A stretch of 64,000 bases of DNA, from contig NC_086097.1 of NCBI RefSeq assembly GCF_963921235.1, positions 90,956,001 to 91,020,000 on the forward strand. Direction: 5' to 3'. This stretch comes from Mobula hypostoma. Its lineage: Eukaryota. The translations under genes and the position numbers were made by a program. Positions 31,654 through 46,600 of this stretch are shown piece after piece (the stretch's first letter is position 1; every line of letters begins with the position of its first letter). The notes under the pieces are model-generated. The model had not been told where the DNA came from. It was given only the letters and a program-made list of their open reading frames with translations, and did no database searches.

Positions 31654-34600
31654 CCTGGTGTTACACCACACTGTACAGTCATTCTCCTGGTGTTACACCA
31701 CACAGTATAATCATTCTCCTGGTGTTACACCACACTGTACAGTCATTCTCCTGGTGTTACACCACACAGTATAATCATTCTTCTGGTGTTACACCACACT
31801 GTACAGTCATTCTCCTGGTGTTACACCACACAGTACAATCATTCTCCTGGTGTTACACAACACAGTAAAATCATTCTCCTGGTGTTACACCACACAGTAT
31901 AATCATTCTCCTGGTGTTACACCACACTGTACAGTCATTCTCCTGGTGTTACACCACACAGTAAAATCATTCTCCTGGTGTTACACCACACTGTACAGTC
32001 ATTCTCCTGGTGTTACACCACACAGTATAATCATTCTCCTGGTGTTACACCACACTGTACAGTCATTCTCCTGGTGTTACATCACACAGTACAATCATTC
32101 TCCTGGTGTTACACAACACAGTATAATCATTCTCCTGGTGTTACACCACACAGTAAAATCATTCTCCTGGTGTTACACCACACTGTACAGTCATTCTCCT
32201 GGTGTTACACCACACTGTACAGTCATTCTCCTGGTGTTACACCACACAGTAAAATCATTTTCCTGGTGTTACACCACACTGTACAGTCATTCTCCTGGTG
32301 TTACACCACACAGTATAATCATTCTCCTGGTGTTACACCACACAGTAAAATCATTCTCCTGGTGTTACACCACACTGTACAGTCATTCTCCTGGTGTCAC
32401 ACCACACAGTATAATCATTCTCCTGGTGTTACACCACACTGTACAGTCATTCTCCTGGTGTTACACCACACAGTATAATCATTCTCCTGATGTTACACCA
32501 TACTGTACAGTCATTCTCCTGGTGTTACACCACACAGTACAATCATTCTCCTGGTGTTACACAACACAGTAGAATCATTCTCCTGGTGTTACACCACACA
32601 GTATAATCATTCTCCTGGTGTTACACCACACTGTACAGTCATTCTCCTGGTGTTACACCACACAGTAAAATCATTCTCCTGGTGTTACACCACACTGTAC
32701 AGACATTCTCCTGGTGTTACACCACACAGTATAATCATTCTCCTGGTGTTACACCACACTGTACAGTCATTCACCTGGTGTTACACCACACAGTACAATC
32801 ATTCTCCTGGTGTTACACAACACAGTATAATCATTCTCCTGGTGTTACACCACACAGTAAAATCATTCTCCTGGTGTTACACCACACTGTACAGTCATTC
32901 TCCTGGTGTTACACAACACAGTAAAATCATTTTCCTGGTGTTACACCACACTGTACAGTCATTCTCCTGGTGTTACACGACACAGTATAATCATTCTCCT
33001 GGTGTTACACCACACAGTAAAATCATTCTCCTGGTGTTACACCACACTGTACAGTCATTCTCCTGGTGTCACACCACACAGTATAATCATTCTCCTGGTG
33101 TTACACCACACTGTACAGTCATTCTCCTGGTGTTACACCACACAGTATAATCATTCTCCTGGTGTTACACCACACTGTACAGTCATTCTCCTGGTGTTAC
33201 ACCACACAGTATAATCATTCTCCTGGTGTTACACCACACTGTACAGTCATTCTCCTGGTGTTACACCACACAGTAAAATCATTCTCCTGGTGTTACACCA
33301 CACTGTACAGTCATTCTCCTGGTGTTACACCACACAGTACAATCATTCTCCCGGTGTTACACAACACAGTAAAATCATTCTCCTGGTGTTACACCACACT
33401 GTACAGTCATTCTCCTGGTGTTACACCACACAGTAAAATCATTCTCCTGGTGTTACACCACACTGTACAGTCATTCTCCTGGTGTTACACCACACAGTAT
33501 AATCATTCTCCTGGTGTTACACCACACAGTAAAATCATTCTCCTGGTGTTACACAACACTGTACAGTCATTCTCCTGGTGTCACACCACACAGTATAATC
33601 ATTCTCCTGGTGTTACACCACACTGTACAGTCATTCTCCTGGTGTTACACCACACAGTATAATCATTCTCCTGGTGTTACACCACACAGTATAATCATTC
33701 TCCTGGTGTTACACCACACAGTATAATCATTCTCCTGGTGTTACACCACACTGTACAGTCATTCTCCTGGTGTTACACCACACAGTATAATCATTCTCCT
33801 GGTGTTACACCACACAGTATAATCATTCTCCTGGTGTTACACCACACAGTAAAATCATTCTCCTGGTGTTACACCACACAGTATAATCATTCTCCTGGTG
33901 TTACACCACACTGTACAGTCATTCTCCTGGTGTTACACCACACAGTATAATCATTCTCCTGGTGTTACACCACACAGTATAATCATTCTCCTGGTGTTAC
34001 ACCACACAGTATAATCATTCTCCTGGTGTTACACCACACTGTACAGTCATTCTCCTGGTGTTACACCACACTGTATAATACATTCTCCTGGTGTTACACC
34101 ACACAGTATAGTCATTCTCCTGGTGTTACACCACACTGTACAGTCATTCTCCTGGTGTTACACCACACTGTATAATCATTCTCCTGGTGTTACACCACAC
34201 AGTACAGTCATTCTCCTGGTGTTACACCACACAGTACAATCATTCTCCTGGTGTTACACAACACAGTAAAATCATTCTCCTGGTGTTACACCACACAGTA
34301 TAATCATTCTCCTGGTGTTACACCACACTGTACAGTCATTCTCCTGGTGTTACACCACACAGTATAATCATTCTCCTGGTGTTACACCACACTGTACAGT
34401 CATTCTCCTGGTGTTACACCACACAGTATAATCATTCTCCTGGTGTTACACCACACAGTAAAATCATTCTCCTGGTGTTACACCACACTGTACAGTCATT
34501 CTCCTGGTGTTACACCACACAGTATAATCATTCTCCTGGTGTTACACCACACAGTAAAATCATTCTCCTGGTGTTACACCACACTGTACAGTCATTCTCC

Positions 34601-37600
34601 TGGTGTCGCACCACACAGTATAATCATTCTCCTGGTGTTACACCACACTGTACAGTCATTCTCCTGGTGTTACACCACACAGTATAATCATTCTCCTGAT
34701 GTTACACCACACTGTACAGTCATTCTCCTGGTGTTACACCACACAATCATTCTCCTGGTGTTACACAACACAGTAAATCATTCTCCTGGTGTTACACCAC
34801 ACAGTATAATCATTCTCCTGGTGTTACACCACACTGTACAGTCATTCTCCTGGTGTTACACCACACAGTAAAATCATTCTCCTGGTGTTACACCACACTG
34901 TACAGTCATTCTCCTGGTGTTACACCACACAGTATAATCATTCTCCTGGTGTTACACCACACTGTACAGTCATTCTCCTGGTGTTACACCACACAGTACA
35001 ATCATTCTCCTGGTGTTACACCACACAGTACAATCATTCTCCTGGTGTTACACCACACAGTAAAATCATTCTCCTGGTGTTACACCACACAGTATAATCA
35101 TTCTCCTGGTGTTACACCACACTGTACAGTCATTCTCCTGGTGTTACACCACACAGTAAAATCATTCTCCTGGTGTTACACCACACTGTACAGTCATTCT
35201 CCTGGTGTTACACCACACAGTATAATCATTCTCCTGGTGTTACACCACACTGTACAGTCATTCTCCTGGTGTTACATCACACAGTACAATCATTCTCCTG
35301 GTGTTACACAACACAGTATAATCATTCTCCTGGTGTTACACCACACAGTAAAATCATTCTCCTGGTGTTACACCACACTGTACAGTCATTCTCCTGGTGT
35401 TACACCACACAGTAAAATCATTTTCCTGGTGTTACACCACACTGTACAGTCATTCTCCTGGTGTTACACCACACAGTATAATCATTCTCCTGGTGTTACA
35501 CCACACAGTAAAATCATTCTCCTGGTGTTACACCACACTGTACAGTCATTCTCCTGGTGTTACACCACACAGTATAATCATTGTCCTGGTGTTACACAAC
35601 ACTGTACAGTCATTCTCCTGGTGTTACACCACACAGTATAATCATTCTCCTGATGTTACACCATACTGTACAGTCATTCTCCTGGTGTTACACCACACAG
35701 TACAATCATTCTCCTGGTGTTACACAACACAGTAGAATCATTCTCCTGGTGTTACACCACACAGTAAAATCATTCTCCTGGTGTTACACCACACTGTACA
35801 GTCATTCTCCTGGTGTTACACCACACAGTATAATCATTCTCCTGGTGTTACACCACACTGTACAGTCATTCTCCTGGTGTTACACCACACAGTACAATCA
35901 TTCTCCTGGTATTACACAACACAGTATAATCATTCTCCTGGTGTTACACCACACAGTAAAATCATTCTCCTGGTGTTACACCACACTGTACAGTCATTCT
36001 CCTGGTGTTACACCACACAGTAAAATCATTTTCCTGGTGTTACACCACACTGTACAGTCATTCTCCTGGTGTTACACCACACAGTATAATCATTCTCCTG
36101 GTGTTACACCACACAGTAAAATCATTCTCCTGGTGTTACACCACACTGTACAGTCATTCTCCTGGTGTCACACCACACAGTATAATCATTCTCCTGGTGT
36201 TACACCACACTGTACAGTCATTCTCCTGGTGTTACACCACACAGTATAATCATTCTCCTGATGTTACACCATACTGTACAGTCATTCTCCTGGTGTTACA
36301 CCACACAGTACAATCATTCTCCTGGTGTTACACAACACAGTAGAATCATTCTCCTGGTGTTACACCACACAGTATAATCATTCTCCTGGTGTTACACCAC
36401 ACTGTACAGTCATTCTCCTGGTGTTACACCACACAGTACAATCATTCTCCTGGTGTTACACCACACAGTACAGTCATTCTCCTGGTGTTACACCACACAG
36501 TATAATCATTCTCCTGGTGTTACACCACACTGTACAGTCATTCTCCTGGTGTTACACCACACAGTACAATCATTCTCCTGGTGTTACACAACACAGTATA
36601 ATCATTCTCCTGGTGTTACACCACACAGTAAAATCATTCTCCTGGTGTTACACCACACTGTACAGTCATTCTCCTGGTGTTACACCACACAGTAAAATCA
36701 TTTTCCTGGTGTTACACCACACTGTACAGTCATTCTCCTGGTGTTACACCACACAGTATAATCATTCTCCTGGTGTTACACCACACAGTAAAATCATTCT
36801 CCTGGTGTTACACCACACTGTACAGTCATTCTCCTGGTGTCACACCACACAGTATAATCATTCTCCTGGTGTTACACCACACTGTACAGTCATTCTCCTG
36901 GTGTTACACCACACAGTATAATCATTCTCCTGGTGTTACACCACACTGTACAGTCATTCTCCTGGTGTTACACCACACAGTATAATCATTCTCCTGGTGT
37001 TACACCACACAGTACAGTCATTCTCCTGGTGTTACACCACACAGTAAAATCATTCTCCTGGTGTTACACCACACTGTACAGTCATTCTCCTGGTGTTACA
37101 CCACACAGTACAATCATTCTCCCGGTGTTACACAACACAGTAAAATCATTCTCCTGGTGTTACACCACACTGTACAGTCATTCTCCTGGTGTTACACCAC
37201 ACAGTAAAATCATTCTCCTGGTGTTACACCACACTGTACAGTCATTCTCCTGGTGTCACACCACACAGTATAATCATTCTCCTGGTGTTACACCACACTG
37301 TACAGTCATTCTCCTGGTGTTACACCACACAGTATAATCATTCTCCTGGTGTTACACCACACAGTATAATCATTCTCCTGGTGTTACACCACACAGTATA
37401 ATCATTCTCCTGGTGTTACACAACACAGTACAGTCATTCTCCTGGTGTTACACCACACAGTATAATCATTCTCCTGGTGTTACACCACACTGTGTAATCA
37501 TTCTCCTGGTGTTACACCACACAGCATAGTCATTTTCCTGGTGTTACACCACACAGTATAGTCATTCTGCTGGTGTTACACCACACTGTACAGTCATTCT

Positions 37601-40600
37601 CCTGGTGTTACACCACACAGTATAATCATTCTCCTGGTGTTACACCACACTGTACAGTCATTCACCTGGTGTTACACCACACAGTACAATCATTCTCCTG
37701 GTGTTACACAACACAGTATAATCATTCTCCTGGTGTTACACCACACAGTAAAATCATTCTCCTGGTGTTACACCACACAGTATAATCATTCTCCTGGTGT
37801 TACACCACACAGTAAAATCATTCTCCTGGTGTTACACCACACTGTACAGTCATTCTCCTGGTGTTACACCACACAGTATAATCATTCTCCTGGTGTTACA
37901 CCACACTGTACAGTCATTCTCCTGGTGTTACACCACACAGTATAATCATTCTCCTGGTGTTACACCACACAGTATAATCATTCTCCTGGTGTTACACCAC
38001 ACTGTACAGTCATTCTCCTGGTGTTACACCACACAGTATAATCATTCTCCTGGTGTTACACCACACTGTACAGTCATTCTCCTGGTGTTACACCACACAG
38101 TATAATCATTCTCCTGGTGTTACACCACACTGTACAGTCATTCTCCTGGTGTTACACCACACAGTAAAATCATTCTCCTGGTGTTACACCACACTGTACA
38201 GTCATTCTCCTGGTGTTACACCACACAGTATAATCATTCTCCTGGTATCATTCTCCCGGTGTTACACAACACAGTAAAATCATTCTCCTGGTGTTACACC
38301 ACACTGTACAGTCATTCTCCTGGTGTTACACCACACAGTATAATCATTCTCCTGGTGTTACACCACACTGTACAGTCATTCTCCTGGTGTTACACCACAC
38401 AGTACAATCATTCTCCTGGTGTTACACAACACAGTATAATCATTCTCCTGGTGTTACACCACACAGTAAAATCATTCTCCTGGTGTTACACCACACAGTA
38501 AAATCATTCTCCTGGTGTTACACCACACTGTACAGTCATTCTCCTGGTGTTACACCACACAGTATAATCATTCTCCTGGTGTTACACCACACAGTACAAT
38601 CATTCTCCTGGTGTTACACAACACAGTAAAATCATTCTCCTGGTGTTACACCACACAGTATAATCATTCTCCTGGTGTTACACCACACTGTACAGTCATT
38701 CTCCTGGTGTTACACCACACAGTAAAATCATTCTCCTGGTGTTACACCACACTGTACAGTCATTCTCCTGGTGTTACACCACACAGTATAATCATTCTCC
38801 TGGTGTTACACCACACTGTACAGTCATTCTCCTGGTGTTACATCACACAGTACAATCATTCTCCTGGTGTTACACAACACAGTATAATCATTCTCCTGGT
38901 GTTACACCACACAGTAAAATCATTCTCCTGGTGTTACACCACACTGTACAGTCATTCTCCTGGTGTTACACCACACAGTAAAATCATTTTCCTGGTGTTA
39001 CACCACACTGTACAGTCATTCTCCTGGTGTTACACCACACAGTATAATCATTCTCCTGGTGTTACACCACACAGTAAAATCATTCTCCTGGTGTTACACC
39101 ACACTGTACAGTCATTCTCCTGGTGTCACACCACACAGTATAATCATTGTCCTGGTGTTACACAACACTGTACAGTCATTCTCCTGGTGTTACACCACAC
39201 AGTATAATCATTCTCCTGATGTTACACCATACTGTACAGTCATTCTCCTGGTGTTACACCACACAGTACAATCATTCTCCTGGTGTTACACAACACAGTA
39301 GAATCATTCTCCTGGTGTTACACCACACAGTATAATCATTCTCCTGGTGTTACACCACACTGTACAGTCATTCTCCTGGTGTTACACCACACAGTAAAAT
39401 CATTCTCCTGGTGTTACACCACACTGTACAGTCATTCTCCTGGTGTTACACCACACAGTATAATCATTCTCCTGGTGTTACACCACACTGTACAGTCATT
39501 CTCCTGGTGTTACACCACACAGTACAATCATTCTCCTGGTGTTACACAACACAGTATAATCATTCTCCTGGTGTTACACCACACAGTAAAATCATTCTCC
39601 TGGTGTTACACCACACTGTACAGTCATTCTCCTGGTGTTACACCACACAGTAAAATCATTTTCCTGGTGTTACACCACACTGTACAGTCATTCTCCTGGT
39701 GTTACACCACACAGTATAATCATTCTCCTGGTGTTACACCACACAGTAAAATCATTCTCCTGGTGTTACACCACACTGTACAGTCATTCTCCTGGTGTCA
39801 CACAACACAGTATAATCATTCTCCTGGTGTTACACCACACTGTACAGTCATTCTCCTGGTGTTACACCACACAGTATAATCATTCTCCTGATGTTACACC
39901 ATACTGTACAGTCATTCTCCTGGTGTTACACCACACAGTACAATCATTCTCCTGGTGTTACACAACACAGTAGAATCATTCTCCTGGTGTTACACCACAC
40001 AGTATAATCATTCTCCTGGTGTTACACCACACTGTACAGTCATTCTCCTGGTGTTACACCACACAGTAAAATCATTCTCCTGGTGTTACACCACACTGTA
40101 CAGTCATTCTCCTGGTGTTACACCACACAGTATAATCATTCTCCTGGTGTTACACCACACTGTACAGTCATTCTCCTGGTGTTACACCACACAGTACAAT
40201 CATTCTCCTGGTGTTACACAACACAGTATAATCATTTTCCTGGTGTTACACCACACAGTAAAATCATTCTCCTGGTGTTACACCACACTGTACAGTCATT
40301 CTCCTGGTGTTACACCACACAGTAAAATCATTTTCCTGGTGTTACACCACACTGTACAGTCATTCTCCTGGTGTTACACCACACAGTATAATCATTCTCC
40401 TGGTGTTACACCACACAGTAAAATCATTCTCCTGGTGTTACACCACACTGTACAGTCATTCTCCTGGTGTCACACCACACAGTATAATCATTCTCCTGGT
40501 GTTACACCACACTGTACAGTCATTCTCCTGGTGTTACACCACACAGTATAATCATTCTCCTGGTGTTACACCACACTGTACAGTCATTCTCCTGGTGTTA

Positions 40601-43600
40601 CACCACACAGTATAATCATTCTCCTGGTGTTACACCACACTGTACAGTCATTCTCCTGGTGTTACACCACACAGTAAAATCATTCTCCTGGTGTTACACC
40701 ACACTGTACAGTCATTCTCCTGGTGTTACACCACACAGTACAATCATTCTCCCGGTGTTACACAACACAGTAAAATCATTCTCCTGGTGTTACACCACAC
40801 TGTACAGTCATTCTCCTGGTGTTACACCACACAGTAAAATCATTCTCCTGGTGTTACACCACACTGTACAGTCATTCTCCTGGTGTTACACCACACAGTA
40901 TAATCATTCTCCTGGTGTTACACCACACAGTAAAATCATTCTCCTGGTGTTACACCACACTGTACAGTCATTCTCCTGGTGTCACACCACACAGTATAAT
41001 CATTCTCCTGGTGTTACACCACACTGTACAGTCATTCTCCTGGTGTTACACCACACAGTATAATCATTCTCCTGGTGTTACACCACACAGTACAGTCATT
41101 CTCACAGTATAATCATTCTCCTGGTGTTACACAACACTGTACAGTCATTCTCCTGGTGTTACACCACACAGTATAATCATTCTCCTGGTGTTACACCACA
41201 CTGTGTAATCATTCTCCTGGTGTTACACCACACAGCATAGTCATTTTCCTGGTGTTACACCACACAGTATAGTCATTCTGCTGGTGTTACACCACACTGT
41301 ACAGTCATTCTCCTGGTGTTACACCACACAGTATAATCATTCTCCTGGTGTTACACCACACTGTACAGTCATTCTCCTGGTGTTACACCACACAGTACAA
41401 TCATTCTCCTGGTGTTACACAACACAGTATAATCATTCTCCTGGTGTTACACCACACAGTAAAATCATTCTCCTGGTGTTACACCACACTGTACAGTCAT
41501 TCTCCTGGTGTTACACAACACAGTAAAATCATTTTCCTGGTGTTACACCACACTGTACAGTCATTCTCCTGGTGTTACACCACACAGTATAATCATTCTC
41601 CTGGTGTTACACCACACAGTAAAATCATTCTCCTGGTGTTACACCACACTGTACAGTCATTCTCCTGGTGTCACACCACACAGTATAATCATTCTCCTGG
41701 TGTTACACCACACTGTACAGTCATTCTCCTGGTGTTACACCACACAGTATAATCATTCTCCTGGTGTTACACCACACTGTACAGTCATTCTCCTGGTGTT
41801 ACACCACACAGTATAATCATTCTCCTGGTGTTACACCACACAGTACAGTCATTCTCCTGGTGTTACACCACACAGTATAATCATTCTCCTGGTGTTACAC
41901 CACACTGTACAGTCATTCTCCTGGTGTTACACCACACAGTACAATCATTCTCCTGGTGTTACACCACACTGTACAGTCATTCTCCTGGTGTTACACCACA
42001 CAGTATAATCATTCTCCTGGTGTTACACCACACTGTACAGTCATTCTCCTGGTGTTACACCACACAGTACAATCATTCTCCTGGTGTTACACCACACAGT
42101 ATAATCATTCTCCTGGTGTTACACCACACAGTAAAATCATTCTCCTGGTGTTACACAACACTGTACAGTCATTCTCCTGGTGTCACACCACACAGTATAA
42201 TCATTCTCCTGGTGTTACACCACACTGTACAGTCATTCTCCTGGTGTTACACCACACAGTATAATCATTCTCCTGGTGTTACACCACACAGTATAATCAT
42301 TCTCCTGGTGTTACACCACACAGTATAATCATTCTCCTGGTGTTACACCACACTGTACAGTCATTCTCCTGGTGTTACACCACACAGTATAATCATTCTC
42401 CTGGTGTTACACAACACTGTGTAATCATTCTCCTGGTGTAACACCACACAGTATAGTCATTCTCCTGGTGTTACACCACACTGTACAGTCATTCTCCTGG
42501 TGTTACACCACACTTTATAATCATTCTCCTGGTGTTACACCACGCAGTACAGTCATTCTCCTGGTGTTACACCACACAGTACAATCATTCTCCTGGTGTT
42601 ACACCACACAGTATAATCATTCTCATGGTTCATACACCACACAGTATAATCATTCTCCTGGTGTTACACCACACAGTATAATCATTCTCCTGGTGTTACA
42701 CCACACTGTACAGTTATTCTCCTGGTATTACACCACACAGTATAATCAATCTCCTGGTGTTACACCACACAGTAAAATCATTCTCCTGGTGTTACACCAC
42801 ACTGTACAGTCATTCTCCTGGTGTTACACCACACAGTATAATCATTCTCCTGGTGTTACACCACACTGTACAGTCATTCTCCTGGTGTTACACCACACAG
42901 TATAATCATTCTCCTGGTGTTACACCACACAGTATAATCATTCTCCTGGTGTTACACCACACAGTATAATCATTCTCCTGGTGTTACACAACACTGTACA
43001 GTCATTCTCCTGGTGTTACACCACACAGTATAATCATTCTCCTGGTGTTACACCACACAGTATAATCATTCTCCTGGTGTTACACCACACAGTATAGTCA
43101 TTCTCCTGGTGTTACACCACACAGTATAGTCATTCTCCTGGTGTTACACCACACTGTACAGTCATTCTCCTGGTGTTACACCACACAGTATAATCATTCT
43201 CCTGGTATTACACCACACTGTACAGTCATTCACCTGGTGTTACACCACACAGTACAATCATTCTCCTGGTGTTACACAACACAGTATAATCATTCTCCTG
43301 GTGTTACACCACACAGTATAATCATTCTCCTGGTGTTACACCACACTGTACAGTCATTCTCCTGGTGTTACACCACACAGTAAAATCATTCTCCTGGTGT
43401 TACACCACACTGTACAGTCATTCTCCTGGTGTTACACCACACAGTAAAATCATTCTCCTGGTGTTACACCACACAGTAAAATCATTCTCCTGGTGTTACA
43501 CCACACTGTACAGTCATTCTCCTGGTGTTACACCACACAGTATAATCATTCTCCTGGTGTTACACCACACTGTACAGTCATTCTCCTGGTGTTACACCAC

Positions 43601-46600
43601 ACAGTAAATCATTCTCCTGGTGTTACACCACACGTACAGTCATTCTCCTGGTGTTACACCACACAGTAAATCATTCTCCTGGTGTTACACCACACTGTAC
43701 AGTCATTCTCCTGGTGTTACACCACACAGTATAATCATTCTCCTGGTGTTACACCACACTGTACAGTCATTCTCCTGGTGTTACACCACACAGTACAATC
43801 ATTCTCCTGGTGTTACACCACACAGTAAAATCATTCTCCTGGTGTTACACCACACTGTACAGTCATTCTCCTGGTGTTACACCACACAGTATAATCATTC
43901 TCCTGGTGTTACACCACACAGTAAAATCATTCTCCTGGTGTTACACCACACTGTACAGTCATTCTCCTGGTGTTACACCACACAGTATAATCATTCTCCT
44001 GGTGTTACACAACACTGTACAGTCATTCTCCTGGTGTTACACCACACAGTATAATCATTCTCCTGGTGTTACACCACACTGTATAATCATTCTCCTGGTG
44101 TTACACCACACAGTATAATCATTCTCCTGGTGTTACACCACACAGTACAATCATTCTCCTGGTGTTACACCACACAGTAAAATCATTCTCCTGGTGTTAC
44201 ACCACACTGTACAGTCATTCTCCTGGTGTTACACCACACAGTATAATCATTCTCCTGGTGTTACACCACACTGTACAGTCATTCTCCTGGTGTTACACCA
44301 CACAGTAAATCATTCTCCTGGTGTTACACACACGTACATCATTCTCCTGGTGTTACACCACACAGTAAAATCATTCTCCTGGTGTTACACCACACAGTAC
44401 AATCATTCTCCTGGTGTTACACCACACAGTATAATCATTCTCCTGGTGTTACACCACACAGTACAATCATTCTCCTGGTGTTACACCACACAGTACAATC
44501 ATTCTCCTGGTGTTACACAACACAGTATAATCATTCTCCTGGTGTTACACCACACAGTAAATCATTCTCCTGGTCACGTTACACCACACTGTACAGTCAT
44601 TCTCCTGGTGTTACACCACACAGTAAAATCATTCTCCTGGTGTTACACCACACTGTACAGTCATTCTCCTGGTGTTACACCACACAGTATAATCATTCTC
44701 CTGGTGTTACACCACACAGTAAAATCATTCTCCTGGTGTTACACACACAGTACATCATTCTCCTGGTGTACACACACAGTATAATCATTCTCCTGGTGTT
44801 ACACCACACAGTAAAATCATTCTCCTGGTGTTACACCACACTGTACAGTCATTCTCCTGGTGTTACACCACACTGTATAATCATTCTCCTGGTGTTACAC
44901 CACACTGTACAGTCATTCTCCTGGTGTTACACCACACAGTACAATCATTCTCCTGGTGTTACACAACACAGTAAATCATTCTCCTGGTGTTACACCACAC
45001 AGTATAATCATTCTCCTGGTGTTACACCACACTGTACAGTCATTCTCCTGGTGTTACACCACACAGTAAAATCATTCTCCTGGTGTTACACCACACTGTA
45101 CAGTCATTCTCCTGGTGTTACACCACACAGTATAATCATTCTCCTGGTGTTACACCACACTGTACAGTCATTCTCCTGGTGTTACACCACACAGTACAAT
45201 CATTCTCCTGGTGTTACACCACACAGTATAATCATTCTCCTGGTGTTACACCACACAGTAAAATCATTCTCCTGGTGTTACACCACACTGTACAGTCATT
45301 CTCCTGGTGCTACACCACACAGTAAAATCATTTTCCTGGTGTTACACCACACTGTACAGTCATTCTCCTGGTGTTACACCACACAGTATAATCATTCTCC
45401 TGGTGTTACACCACACAGTATAATCATTCTCCTGGTGTTACACCACACTGTACAGTCATTCTCCTGGTGTCACACCACACAGTATAATCATTCTCCTGGT
45501 GTTACACCACACTGTACAGTCATTCTCCTGGTGTTACACCACACAGTATAATCATTCTCCTGGTGTTACACCACACTGTACAGTCATTCTCCTGGTGTTA
45601 CACCACACAGTACAATCATTCTCCTGGTGTTACACAACACAGTAGAATCATTCTCCTGGTGTTACACCACACAGTATAATCATTCTCCTGGTGTTACACC
45701 ACACTGTACAGTCATTCTCCTGGTGTTACACCACACAGTAAAATCATTCTCCTGGTGTTACACCACACTGTACAGTCATTCTCCTGGTGTTACACCACAC
45801 AGTATAATCATTCTCCTGGTGTTACACCACACTGTAAAATCATTCTCCTGGTGTTACACCACACTGTACAATCATTCTCCTGGTGTTACACCACACAGTA
45901 TAATCATTCTCCTGGTGTTACACCACACTGTACAGTCATTCTCCTGGTGTTACACCACACAGTATAATCATTCTCCTGATGTTACACCATACTGTACAGT
46001 CATTCTCCTGGTGTTACACCACACAGTACAATCATTCTCCTGGTGTTACACAACACAGTAGAATCATTCTCCTGGTGTTACACCACACAGTATAATCATT
46101 CTCCTGGTGTTACACCACACTGTACAGTCATTCTCCTGGTGTTACACCACACAGTAAAATCATTCTCCTGGTGTTACACCACACTGTACAGTCATTCTCC
46201 TGGTGTTACACCACACAGTATAATCATTCTCCTGGTGTTACACCACACTGTACAGTCATTCTCCTGGTGTTACACCACACAGTACAATCATTCTCCTGGT
46301 GTTACACCACACAGTAAAATCATTCTCCTGGTGTTACACCACACTGTACAGTCATTCTCCTGGTGTTACACCACACAGTAAAATCATTTTCCTGGTGTTA
46401 CACCACACTGTACAGTCATTCTCCTGGTGTTACACCACACAGTATAATCATTCTCCTGGTGTTACACCACACAGTAAAATCATTCTCCTGGTGTTACACC
46501 ACACTGTACAGTCATTCTCCTGGTGTTACACCACACAGTATAATCATTCTCCTGGTGTTACACCACACTGTACAGTCATTCTCCTGGTGTTACACCACAC